41,944 bases of DNA from Candidatus Eiseniibacteriota bacterium (GTDB taxonomy: Bacteria; Orphanbacterota; Orphanbacteria; Orphanbacterales; Orphanbacteraceae): NCBI GenBank assembly GCA_043809585.1, contig JBDROZ010000061.1, positions 1 to 41,944 of the forward strand. The letters run 5' to 3'. Position numbers and translations under genes: made by a program. Below are positions 29,022 through 38,548 of the stretch, piece by piece. The notes below the pieces were generated by a model. The model did no database searches, was not told where the DNA came from, and saw only the letters and a program-made list of their open reading frames with translations. Each line of letters opens with the position of its first letter. The stretch's first letter is position 1.

Positions 29022-29390
29022 ATGATGGCACCACTCTGTAAGCTCCGCGCGTTCGTTCTTTTGGTCGCCATTGCCCTGGCCGTGGCTTCTGCTCCATCCG
29101 AAGCAGCAGGCGGGATTGGCGACTCCGCCCGGAGTGATACGTGTTGTGCTCATGGCGACGAACTTTCCGCACAGACCGCAAAGAGCCCAACCGGCACTCC
29201 TCTCGACGACGACTGTTGCCCGAATGGCTGCCATGGTTGCTCCCTGCCGTGTTGTGCCGGTCCGGTTTCCTTGCTCGCCCCGCCGGTAATCCTGGGTCCA
29301 AGCTCGGGCTCGGTCGGTTCCGTCGCCCATTACGACGGCAACTTCTCTTCGGCCCACCCCGGAGAGATTTTCCACCCCCCGCGCGCCTAG
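29022..29390 (+). CDS. Small exported Cys-rich protein (DUF2946/CzcI-like leader)
   Basis: Signal-like N-terminus; TCCAH and DCCPNGCHGCSLPCC; ends EIFHPPRA directly upstream of the efflux operon. Confidence 0.65.
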   Translation: MMAPLCKLRAFVLLVAIALAVASAPSEAAGGIGDSARSDTCCAHGDELSAQTAKSPTGTPLDDDCCPNGCHGCSLPCCAGPVSLLAPPVILGPSSGSVGSVAHYDGNFSSAHPGEIFHPPRA

Positions 29391-29473
29391 AATCCTCCGT
29401 CTCACCACAACAACGCCAATGACGCCGGCAGACAACGGTCTGCCGCGACGTTCCGTCTACGGAGGAATTCTGC

Positions 29474-30760
29474 ATGGCGCGAAAGCTGCTCGCATTCTCG
29501 CTTCTTCTGCTGTTCGCCGCTCTGCCGGCCGCTCCCGCTCGAGGGGCCGCCGGTGGAGAAGCCGAAGAAGAAATCCGTTCGATTCTCGAGAAGGAAAAGG
29601 TCGGGCTGGCCGACCTCTTTCGGCTTGCGGAATTGGCCAGTCCCACGCTCGCGGCCGCCGAAAGCGGTCTTCGGGCCGAGGCGGGCCGGGCCAGGCAGGC
29701 GGGCCTGTACCCCAACCCCGTCATCGAGTTCGCGGTCGAGGAGCTCTCGACCAGCGACCCCGGTGACCGCAAAGACAAGGTATCGCTTGTCCAGTCCCTG
29801 GTCATCAGCGGGCGCCGAAGCGCGGCGGTCGCGGCCGCCCGCGCCGAACAGGAGGCGGCAGCCCAGACGCTCCTCAGCGCGCGCAGAGATGTCCTTCGAC
29901 GTGTTCATACGCTCTGGGCCGAGCATCTCTACTTTCGTGAGGCCCATGCCGCGATTGAAGAGCTTCTCCGCATCGCGAACCACACTCTCGGAATCGCCCA
30001 GACTCGATTCGACGCCCGAGCAGCCCCTGAGTCTCAGGTGACCAAGGCTCTCCTCGAAGTATACGAACTCGAAGTCACCCGGCAACAGCTGGCGCAGGGG
30101 CACGCGATATCGTCGGCGGAGCTCTCCTCTCTGCTCGGCGGCGCGCGTGTTCCACTCGACCGACTCGTCGGCGTGCTCGATCCCGACGGCGACTCCACGA
30201 GCGGGCTCCTTCTCCCCGATGCCCTGAATGACCACCCGGCCTTTCAAGGGGCCCGGCGGGACATCGAAGCCGCAGAAGCGCTGCTGCGCGAAGCAAGGGC
30301 GGCCCGGATCCCCGATCTCGGTCTTTTTGTGGCCTACGGGAGGTATCGGGCCATAGACGAGGAGTTCGTGGAGGCGGGGCTCACCATGCCCTTGCCCATC
30401 CTTAATCGCAATCAGGGGCGGGTGGCCGAGACGGAATCGCTGGTTGCGCAGGCCAGGGACAATGCGCGCATCGTGCGCCTTGATCTCCAGGTCACTCTCG
30501 AAGTGGCCCGCCAGCGCTACATGGCCGCCCGCGAACAACTCCGCGGGGCCGCGGATCGTATCCTGCCGGCGGCGGACCGGGGGCTCCTTCAAGCCCAGGA
30601 AGGGTATCGCGTCGGACACCTTCCATTCTTGGAACTCATCGACGCACAGCGCACCTTCGCAAACGTCCGCCTACGAACACTGGAACTCAAGAGGGACGCT
30701 ATCGTCGCCGAGGCAGAGCTTTTAAGCTTGGTCGGTACAGGTCCTTACGGAGAAAGATGA
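29474..30760 (+). CDS. TolC-family outer membrane efflux protein (CzcC-like)
   Basis: GGAGG RBS, signal peptide, QAGLYPNP, PLPILNRNQG, GYRVGHLPFLELIDAQR. Confidence 0.9.
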   Translation: MARKLLAFSLLLLFAALPAAPARGAAGGEAEEEIRSILEKEKVGLADLFRLAELASPTLAAAESGLRAEAGRARQAGLYPNPVIEFAVEELSTSDPGDRKDKVSLVQSLVISGRRSAAVAAARAEQEAAAQTLLSARRDVLRRVHTLWAEHLYFREAHAAIEELLRIANHTLGIAQTRFDARAAPESQVTKALLEVYELEVTRQQLAQGHAISSAELSSLLGGARVPLDRLVGVLDPDGDSTSGLLLPDALNDHPAFQGARRDIEAAEALLREARAARIPDLGLFVAYGRYRAIDEEFVEAGLTMPLPILNRNQGRVAETESLVAQARDNARIVRLDLQVTLEVARQRYMAAREQLRGAADRILPAADRGLLQAQEGYRVGHLPFLELIDAQRTFANVRLRTLELKRDAIVAEAELLSLVGTGPYGER

Positions 30761-32313
30761 TGAAGACAAGAGCCCTCACCGTACTCCTGGCCACGCTGGT
30801 CGTCTTCGGTGGTCTTGGTTGCGGTCAAGGCGCCTCGGATGAGGCCAAGCACACGAAGAAGTCCGACACCACTGCCTTCTGTGAGGAGCACCGAATCGCG
30901 GAGGCGCAGTGCCCGTTTTGCAACCCGAGTCTCATCGAATCATTGGGCTTCTGCGATGGCCACGGGGTTCCCGAGGCTTTCTGCTACCGGTGCAACCCCG
31001 CTTTGATCCCCGCCTTCCAATCCGTCGGGGATTGGTGCGCCGAGCACGACCGACCCGAATCCCAGTGCTCTATCTGCAATCCCGAACTCGACACGAGCCG
31101 AAAAGAGACGCCCGCGACGGAATCGTTCGATGCCGCACGCCCCCCGGATGATTCACGATCCACGAGTGCTGCTCCCGGCGGCTACGTCTCACGGGCGCAA
31201 CGGCCGCCATCCGTGTATTGCTCGACGCAGAGCCTCGTCGTCCGCTTCGACAGTCCCGACATCGCCGGGCAAGCCGGTCTCCAGTTCGCCTCGGTCGAGT
31301 CGCGTCCAATAACCAAGATCGTTGAGTGCAACGCCGAGGTGGCCTATGACGGCGACCGGCATGCACTGATTTCGGCCCAGGTGCCGGGCATCGTTGCGGA
31401 GGTCATGAAAGACTTCGGAGACACCGTCGAACTCGGTGAACCGCTCGTCATCATCACCTCAACCCATCTCGGCGCGGCGAAGGCATCCTACCTCCAAGCC
31501 GTGGCCGCGGCCGCGCTCCGAGAACGGAGCTTCGCCCGGGAATCGGACCTCCTTGATCGCGGGGTTTCGACGGAGAAGGACCTGCTCGAGGCCGAGACCC
31601 GTCTGACCGAAAGTCGTATCTCGCTATCGGAAGCGGAGCAGGCGCTGCTCGGCTTCGGCCTCTCCAAGAAGCAGATCGAAGAGGTTCGCCGGACGGATGA
31701 TACCAGCGCTCGCTACGCCGTTACGGCCCCGTTCTCTGCGATCGTCGTCGACCGCATGGCCGTCATCGGGGAAGTAGTCGACCCGTCGAGGCCGCTTCTT
31801 GCCGTCGCCGACGTTTCCCGAATGTGGGCACTCATTGACATCCATGAATCGGACTTGAGCGACATTCAACCGGGACAGCCGGTCGTCCTCCGGGTGGACG
31901 GCCTTCCGGGAGAGTCCTTTGGAAGCCGCATCACCTGGGTGAGTTCAGAGCTCAGCCCGCGGACCAGAACTCTCCGGGCCCGCGCGGACTTCGATAACGC
32001 CCGGGGCCTCCTACGCGCCCACATGTTCGCCCGAGCGAGCGTCTCCGTGCGAGACCGCCAGCAATCCCTTGTCGTACCAGAAGCGTCCGTACAGTGGGAG
32101 GGATGCTGCAACGTGGTTTTCGTCAAGAAATCCGAAACGGTGTACGAGCCACGCACAGTCCACCTGGGCATCGCAACCGGTACGGTCTACGAGGTTCTCG
32201 GCGGAGTTGAAGAGGGTGAAGAAGTCGTGACCCGGGGGAGCTTCCTGCTGAAGACCGGGATTCTCAAGGGAAGCATCGGCGCGGGGTGCTGCGAAGTCGA
32301 CCCGGGAGCCTAG
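30757..32313 (+). CDS. RND periplasmic adaptor (CzcB-like) lipoprotein with Cys/His-rich N-terminal repeats
   Basis: Lipobox-like GLGC; ISAQVPGIV, VTAPFSAIVV, RTRTLRARA, EEVVTRGSFLLK; overlaps upstream stop (ATGA). Confidence 0.88.
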   Translation: MMKTRALTVLLATLVVFGGLGCGQGASDEAKHTKKSDTTAFCEEHRIAEAQCPFCNPSLIESLGFCDGHGVPEAFCYRCNPALIPAFQSVGDWCAEHDRPESQCSICNPELDTSRKETPATESFDAARPPDDSRSTSAAPGGYVSRAQRPPSVYCSTQSLVVRFDSPDIAGQAGLQFASVESRPITKIVECNAEVAYDGDRHALISAQVPGIVAEVMKDFGDTVELGEPLVIITSTHLGAAKASYLQAVAAAALRERSFARESDLLDRGVSTEKDLLEAETRLTESRISLSEAEQALLGFGLSKKQIEEVRRTDDTSARYAVTAPFSAIVVDRMAVIGEVVDPSRPLLAVADVSRMWALIDIHESDLSDIQPGQPVVLRVDGLPGESFGSRITWVSSELSPRTRTLRARADFDNARGLLRAHMFARASVSVRDRQQSLVVPEASVQWEGCCNVVFVKKSETVYEPRTVHLGIATGTVYEVLGGVEEGEEVVTRGSFLLKTGILKGSIGAGCCEVDPGA

Positions 32314-32324
32314 AGGGGAGGCAA

Positions 32325-35300
32325 ATGCTAAACGCAATCATCACCTGGTCCCTCACCCACCGATTCCTGGTCATCGCGCTCACACTCGTGATGGTGGCCG
32401 CGGGGGTGAACGCGTTGATTCGGCTTCCGATCGATGCGTTCCCCGATACGACGCCGGTGCAGGTTCAAATCAACACGACTGCGCCCGCGCTTTCACCGCT
32501 CGAGATCGAGCAGCAGATCACCCTTCCGGTCGAGCAGGCGGTCGCCGGACTTCCGAACCTTCATGAGGTTCGTTCCATATCGAAGTTCGGGCTCTCTCAA
32601 CTCACGGTCACGTTTGACGACGGAACCGACATCTACTTCGCCCGCCAGCTCGTGATGGAGCGCCTGCAGACCGTAGAACTACCCGAGGGTATCGGCCGTC
32701 CGGAGATGGGCCCCGTGGCCACAGGACTCGGTGAGATTTACCACTACGTCGTCACGAGCCCCAACCACACGCTCCAGGAGCTCACGACACTTCACGACTG
32801 GGTCATCAAACCCCGGCTCCGGTCCGTCCCCGGTGTCGCCGAGGTCAACACGTGGGGTGGCGAGCGGAAACAATACCATGTGCTAGCCGACCCGGCCCGG
32901 CTCGTGAAGTATGACCTCACCTTGGACGACGTGCTCCGAGCCCTTGCAACGAACAACCTGAACGTCGGCGGCGGGTACATTGTCCAAGCCGGCGAGATGC
33001 ATCTGGTCCAGGGTGTCGGCCTCACCAGCAACCTCGAGGAGATCGGGAACATCGTCATCACCGCCTATGACGGCGTGCCCGTTCATATTCGAGATATCGG
33101 CGAGGTCCGTGAAGGCCACGAGATTCGCCGTGGCGCCACGACCGCCAACGGGCAAGGCGAGGTCGTGCTCGGACTCGGCTTCATGCTGATGGGAGAGAAC
33201 AGCCACGAGGTGACGTCGCTTCTCCGGGAGCGTATGGCGGAAATCCGGGAAACACTGCCCGAGGGCGTGCGGGTCACCCCCGTATACGAACGCACCGTGT
33301 TGATCGACGAGGTGCTCCTGACTGTCAAGGAGAACCTGCTCGAAGGAGCGCTCTTGGTCATCGCGGTGCTTTTCGTCTTTCTGGGCAACCTGCGGGCCGG
33401 GCTCATCGTCGCAGCCGCGATTCCCCTCTCCATGCTCTTCGCCGCACATGGAATGATGCGCTTCGGAATTGCCGGAAGTCTCATGAGCCTGGGCGCAATC
33501 GATTTCGGGCTCATTGTGGATAGTTCCGTCATCATGATCGAGAACAGTGTCCGCCGACTGGACGCTCCCGGGCGCCGCGGCTCGGTCCTCGAAACGGTCA
33601 GGGATGCCGCCATCGAAGTGAGAAAGCCGACGATGTACGGCGAACTCATCATCGCGGTCGTGTTTCTTCCTGTTCTCACTCTCGAGGGCATTGAGGGAAG
33701 GCTCTTCCGTCCGATGGCGTTGACGCTGCTCTTTGCGCTCGCCGGCTCGCTCATGCTCTCGCTGACACTCATGCCGGTCCTCGCGAGCCTGTTTCTCAAA
33801 GGACATATAAGCCCGAGAGAGAACCGGTTCGTCCGTGCCACAAGACGCGCCTACGCACCGGTTGTGCGCTTCGCCATGCGCCGCAGGCGACAGGTCCTCG
33901 TGGGAGCCCTTGTCCTCCTTGCCGGCGGGGCCGCGCTCGGCACACTCATCGGGTCCGCCTTCATCCCCAGGCTGTCCGAGGGGGGGATCGTCATCAACAC
34001 CGTGCGACTCTCGGGGGTGTCTCTCGAGGAATCGGTTCGTTATGGCTCCCGGCTCGAGGAGGTCATCCTCGGAAAGTACCCGGACGAAGTGCGGGATGTG
34101 TGGGTGCGAACCGGGACCGCGGAGGTCGCAACCGACCCGATGGGCATCGAGCTCTCGGACGTATTCATCACGCTGAACCCCCGCGGCGAGTGGACTCGTG
34201 CGAAAACCCAAGACGATCTCGTCGATCTCATGAGCAGGGAGCTTTCCGGACTTCCCGGGATGCGGCTCGTATTCACACAGCCGATCGAGATGCGCGTGAA
34301 CGAAATGATCGCCGGGATCCGCACGGATCTCGGCATCAAGATTTTCGGCGACGATCTCGAGACCCTCCGAGACATCGCCGGCCGGGTGGGCGAGATCGTC
34401 GGCACGATTCCGGGAAACGCCGATGTCTACGTGGAGCAAATAACCGGACAACCGGTTCTTCAGGTGCGCGTAAACCAGGATGCCATCGCGCGCCATGGCG
34501 TGGCGGCCCGGCAAGTCCTCGAACTCGTCGAGGCCATCGGGGGGATTCCCGTCGGGGAGGTTCGTGAGGACCAGCGGCGGTTCGATCTGGTCGTGCGCCT
34601 TCCCGAGCGGTACCGAAGCGACCCGGAAGCGGTGCGAAAGATACTCGTCCTCACCGCAACCGGCGCCCGAATACCGCTCGAGCGGCTCGCCGACATCCGA
34701 CAGATCGAAGGCCCGTCGACCATCACGCGCGAGTGGCAACGTAGGCGCATTGTTGTCCAGTGCAACGTAAGAGGGCGGGACGTCGGGGGTTTCGTAGAAG
34801 AAGCGCGGGAGCGCCTTGCAGACGAGGTGGCTTTGCCGCAGGGCTACTATGTGAGTTTCGCCGGACAATTCGAGCACATGGAGCGGGCTCGTCTTCGGCT
34901 CATGATCGTGGTTCCCGTCGCCCTGCTCCTTGTCTTCTTCCTCCTCTACACGAGCATGAATTCCGCCCGCGACGCTCTCATCATATTCACGGGCGCCCCG
35001 TTTGCCGCTCTCGGAGGCCTGGCGGCCCTCTTGGTTCGCGGCATGCCGTTTACGGTATCGGCCGGCGTCGGATTCGTCGCCGTGTCCGGAGTGGCCATGC
35101 TCGCCGGCCTGGTTCTCGTATCGACCATAAAGCGCCTTCTCGAGGAGGGTGCCTCGCTCGAACAGTCGATTGAAATGAGCGCCGTCACGAGGCTTCGTCC
35201 CATTCTCATGACGACCTTGGTCGCGGCGCTCGGATTCGCGCCGATGGCCATGAACACGGGAGTGGGCGCGGAGGTCCAGCGCCCACTGGCGACGGTCGTC

Positions 35301-35405
35301 ATCGGCGGGGTATTGTCGGCGAACGCCCTCACGCTCGTGGTTCTTCCGGCCATTTACAGGATATTCGGGAGGGCCGGCGGGAACGGCGGTGGAGGGCCTG
35401 CATAG
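32325..35405 (+). CDS. czcA: CzcA/CusA-family heavy metal efflux RND transporter
   Basis: LPIDAFPD, RSISKFGLS, GLGEIY, SLGAIDFGLIVDSSVIMIEN, EGRLFRPMA, RLRPILMT, GAEVQRPLATVVIGG. Confidence 0.92.
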   Translation: MLNAIITWSLTHRFLVIALTLVMVAAGVNALIRLPIDAFPDTTPVQVQINTTAPALSPLEIEQQITLPVEQAVAGLPNLHEVRSISKFGLSQLTVTFDDGTDIYFARQLVMERLQTVELPEGIGRPEMGPVATGLGEIYHYVVTSPNHTLQELTTLHDWVIKPRLRSVPGVAEVNTWGGERKQYHVLADPARLVKYDLTLDDVLRALATNNLNVGGGYIVQAGEMHLVQGVGLTSNLEEIGNIVITAYDGVPVHIRDIGEVREGHEIRRGATTANGQGEVVLGLGFMLMGENSHEVTSLLRERMAEIRETLPEGVRVTPVYERTVLIDEVLLTVKENLLEGALLVIAVLFVFLGNLRAGLIVAAAIPLSMLFAAHGMMRFGIAGSLMSLGAIDFGLIVDSSVIMIENSVRRLDAPGRRGSVLETVRDAAIEVRKPTMYGELIIAVVFLPVLTLEGIEGRLFRPMALTLLFALAGSLMLSLTLMPVLASLFLKGHISPRENRFVRATRRAYAPVVRFAMRRRRQVLVGALVLLAGGAALGTLIGSAFIPRLSEGGIVINTVRLSGVSLEESVRYGSRLEEVILGKYPDEVRDVWVRTGTAEVATDPMGIELSDVFITLNPRGEWTRAKTQDDLVDLMSRELSGLPGMRLVFTQPIEMRVNEMIAGIRTDLGIKIFGDDLETLRDIAGRVGEIVGTIPGNADVYVEQITGQPVLQVRVNQDAIARHGVAARQVLELVEAIGGIPVGEVREDQRRFDLVVRLPERYRSDPEAVRKILVLTATGARIPLERLADIRQIEGPSTITREWQRRRIVVQCNVRGRDVGGFVEEARERLADEVALPQGYYVSFAGQFEHMERARLRLMIVVPVALLLVFFLLYTSMNSARDALIIFTGAPFAALGGLAALLVRGMPFTVSAGVGFVAVSGVAMLAGLVLVSTIKRLLEEGASLEQSIEMSAVTRLRPILMTTLVAALGFAPMAMNTGVGAEVQRPLATVVIGGVLSANALTLVVLPAIYRIFGRAGGNGGGGPA

Positions 35406-35441
35406 ACATCCTCGGCAAAGAGACCGCGCGGCGCCGGGACG

Positions 35442-35467
35442 AAAGAAAAGGGGGCGACGGCGCCCCC
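35442..35467 (-). terminator. Rho-independent terminator of the cytochrome operon
   Basis: Minus strand GGGGGCG-CCGT-CGCCCCC-TTTTCTTT, about 30 nt after the stop at 35497. Confidence 0.7.
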
Positions 35468-35496
35468 CGATGATCATCTGGCGAGGTCATCCCCGC

Positions 35497-37545
35497 CTAT
35501 TCGATCAGCACCTTCGCCTGGTCGAGGAACTTCTCCGCCTTGTCGAGAAGGGCCGAGGCGAACTCGGTGTTGTGGACCCCCGTGCTCCGGTCGTTCCGGA
35601 TGATCTCGAGGTGGGCCTGGGCTTCGGTGCGGAGCTTCTCCGCTTGGCGGATCGAATCCGTCTTGAGGCCCCGGGAACGGGCGGTCGTTTCGAGCCGGCG
35701 GAAATCGGCGAGCTGTTCCTGGATCTCCTTCACCCGGGATCGCGTGTCGTCCTGCCAGGCGTCGACCATCTCGTCGTACCCCTCTTCGTGGCAGTCCACG
35801 CACGCGACGAGCGTCGCCTCCCGGTGGTTCCCGCCGTGAAGGTCCACGTGGCAATCGGCGCACCCCAGATCCGCCATGATCGCCGGCGTCTCCTCGAGAC
35901 CGAACCCGCCGACACCCCGGATCATCTTCCTCTGAGTCGTGTGGCAGTCGGAGCACGCCCTCGACTCCTGGGTGTGGTGGCAGCCGATGCAGTTTTCCCG
36001 CTTCAGCTTCACCGCACCGTGCTCGTTCGAGTTGTCGTGACAGAACGTGCAGGCGAGGTTGTGCTTGTACACGTGGTCGTTGTGCGTCAGCTCGATGCCC
36101 TCGAAGCGCACGATCTTCGCCCTCTTGAGATTGGCGTGGCAGCTCTTCGTGCAGTTCCCCCGGAGGTCCTGCTCCGCGAAGGTGAGCGGCGTTCGTTCCC
36201 GCCAGGAGGGCCGGAGACCCGCGAGGACCTCGTTGTAGTCCTCCTGAATCTTCAGGAGCACGAGCTTGGTGTAGACCAGGTTGTGCTCTCCCCGGCCCTC
36301 GCGCAGAAAGCCCAGGTTCTTCTCGGCCCGCTCGTACTCCGCGCGGACGCGCTCTTTGGCCGCGCTCCCGGCGCCCCGCCAGGCGCCGCGCGCCTCGTCG
36401 GCGATCGTGTCGATGCGCCGGAGGTAGTCGTCCACCGACTCGCGCCACTCCTCGAGCATGACGTCGAAACCGCGGCCGTGGCACATGACGCACGCCTGGC
36501 CCGTCGCCTTCGCGATTTGCCCGCCGGGCGGAGCGGACGTCCCGCCCATCCCTTCCCGGTGGCAGCCGTCGCAGCCGACCTGGGCCTTGAACATCAGGCT
36601 CGGATAGGGGTCCACCCCCTCGGCGCCGATGCCCATGAAGATGTCCCGCTGCGGGTAGTGCTGGTTCCCGTGGCAGGACGCGCAGGAAGTCTCGAGGGAG
36701 CGCACCAGGGCCACGTCCCGGTGGCCGAGCGGCTCGTGGCAGTCGGCGCAATCCACCGAATGCTCCACCACGTGCTTCCGGTGCATGAAGAGCTCGTCTT
36801 CATACGCGCCGAGACGCGCGTTGTGGCACTTCATGCAAGTCGCCTTCGGCACCTCGCCCGTCCCGGGCGTCACGTTCACGTGGCACTCCTCGCAGACCAC
36901 GCCCAGCGTGAGGTACTCGGCGTGTTTGAACCGGAAGCCCTCGTGAATGACGATGTCCTCGGGCGCGTCGTGACAGGCGCAGCCCGAAATCGCCTCGCCC
37001 CGTGGAAGCCCCTTGAAGTGACAGAGGAAGCAGGTCTCCTTGGTCACCTCCATGTGGGCTCCCTGCACGATCTGGGAGTGGCAGGAAGTGCAACGGAGGT
37101 TCATCCCCCGAAGCTCGGCGTTCATGTGGTGCCGGTGATCGAAGAGGATTCCCCTCACGAACTCGATCGGGCCCTCCAGAAGACGGGCCTCGTGGCATTG
37201 CAGGCAGTTCTCGTCGTCGATCTCGGCCCGGGGTAGCTTGGTGTGGGAACCCCACCAGTAGTTCCACGTCGCCCGCGCCGCCTGGAGCCCGCGCGTCATT
37301 TTGCCCGAGAACGAGTTCGGCATGTGGCAGTCGTTGCACTCCACGCCCGCGTGGCTCGAATTCTTCCAGCTCTCCACGTACGGCTCTTCGAAGTGGCAGT
37401 TGTCGCAGAATCCCGATTTCGTCGAGAAGTGGTATGACGCGAACATGCCGGCCACGCCGATCAGGCAGCAGAAGAGGAACGTGAGGAAGAGCCCCCGCCG
37501 GTAGCGCCCGACGAGCCGGAAGAACTCACGGAAGAAGTCGTTCAT
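35497..37545 (-). CDS. Membrane-anchored multiheme cytochrome c (NapC/NirT-like N-terminus)
   Basis: N-terminal TM then FCDNCH...WKNSSHAGVECNDCH; 16 CXXCH plus CTKSCH and CACH. Confidence 0.88.
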   Translation of the reverse strand: MNDFFREFFRLVGRYRRGLFLTFLFCCLIGVAGMFASYHFSTKSGFCDNCHFEEPYVESWKNSSHAGVECNDCHMPNSFSGKMTRGLQAARATWNYWWGSHTKLPRAEIDDENCLQCHEARLLEGPIEFVRGILFDHRHHMNAELRGMNLRCTSCHSQIVQGAHMEVTKETCFLCHFKGLPRGEAISGCACHDAPEDIVIHEGFRFKHAEYLTLGVVCEECHVNVTPGTGEVPKATCMKCHNARLGAYEDELFMHRKHVVEHSVDCADCHEPLGHRDVALVRSLETSCASCHGNQHYPQRDIFMGIGAEGVDPYPSLMFKAQVGCDGCHREGMGGTSAPPGGQIAKATGQACVMCHGRGFDVMLEEWRESVDDYLRRIDTIADEARGAWRGAGSAAKERVRAEYERAEKNLGFLREGRGEHNLVYTKLVLLKIQEDYNEVLAGLRPSWRERTPLTFAEQDLRGNCTKSCHANLKRAKIVRFEGIELTHNDHVYKHNLACTFCHDNSNEHGAVKLKRENCIGCHHTQESRACSDCHTTQRKMIRGVGGFGLEETPAIMADLGCADCHVDLHGGNHREATLVACVDCHEEGYDEMVDAWQDDTRSRVKEIQEQLADFRRLETTARSRGLKTDSIRQAEKLRTEAQAHLEIIRNDRSTGVHNTEFASALLDKAEKFLDQAKVLIE

Positions 37546-38531
37546 ACCCCACCCCCTTCCGACCCGGCCCGGTGCGCCCGCGGGTGCATGGCCTGCCACT
37601 CGGGATGCTCCCGGAGGGCGCTCAGCGGGATCTCACCGGTCCTCACCCTCGCTTCCAGCTCCGCCGGGTGTTCGTGAATCATCTCTTCCACCGTCATGGT
37701 CCCGGAGAGGAACGTCCTGTTCATGGGAAACTTCTCGGGGTTGAAGTGGGCCCAGTACATGTGCCAAATCAGAAGGGCCAGGGAGGCCAGGAGCGCCTCG
37801 TCGGAGTGGATGAGCTTGGCGATCTCCATCGAATAGGGCCCGAGACCGTTCATGAAGTAGGTGTTGAAGGTCATGAGCGTCCCGGTGCCGAGCATGATGA
37901 TGACGCCCCAGTAAACCGCCCAGTAGTCGAACTTCTCGATGAAATTGAACCGGGCGAACCGCGGCCTTTCCGTGGTCTTGCCCGCGAGGACCTTCACCAT
38001 GCGGATGAAGTCCTTCACGTCCTGCAGGCGCGGGGCGAGGGCGACGAAATTCCGCCACCCGTCCCTCGTGAAAACGATCCAGTAGATATGGTAGAAGCTC
38101 GCCGCCGCCATCAGCGCCGCCGCCGCCCGGTGCAGGATCTTCAGAGAGTCCACCACGCCGAGGCTGCCCGCGAGCGACGCGACCCAACTGTCGTGGAACT
38201 TGATGGGGACGCCGCTGAAAATGAGCAGGAAGACGCTCGCCGCCATCATGGCGTGCTGGATCCGGAAGGAGAGGCTGAATCGCGGGACCGCAAGGAGCTT
38301 CGCCCGCTCCCTCGCGTGGATCTTCGCCAGGGACTTCCGGGCCCGCTTCACCAGCCGCCGGACGTTGTACTCGATCTCCTCGTTGCCCGCCTTCAAAACC
38401 TCGTCGACGATCATGCCGAGCTCGTACTCCGGGACCGTCCGGGCCTTGTCGCTCAGCTGCTTCGCCAGTTCCTCGGCGATACGGGAGGAGACGTAGTCTC
38501 GAAGCTCGGGTCTCGTCGTCGAATCAGTCAT
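37542..38531 (-). CDS. Cytochrome b subunit (FdnI/HydC-like) with soluble N-terminal extension
   Basis: IQHAM, LHRAAA, FYHIY, RFNFIEKFDYWAVYWG, IHSDEALLA, IWHMY. Confidence 0.85.
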   Translation of the reverse strand: MTDSTTRPELRDYVSSRIAEELAKQLSDKARTVPEYELGMIVDEVLKAGNEEIEYNVRRLVKRARKSLAKIHARERAKLLAVPRFSLSFRIQHAMMAASVFLLIFSGVPIKFHDSWVASLAGSLGVVDSLKILHRAAAALMAAASFYHIYWIVFTRDGWRNFVALAPRLQDVKDFIRMVKVLAGKTTERPRFARFNFIEKFDYWAVYWGVIIMLGTGTLMTFNTYFMNGLGPYSMEIAKLIHSDEALLASLALLIWHMYWAHFNPEKFPMNRTFLSGTMTVEEMIHEHPAELEARVRTGEIPLSALREHPEWQAMHPRAHRAGSEGGGV

Positions 38532-38548
38532 CGATCTCCGCCCCGTCG

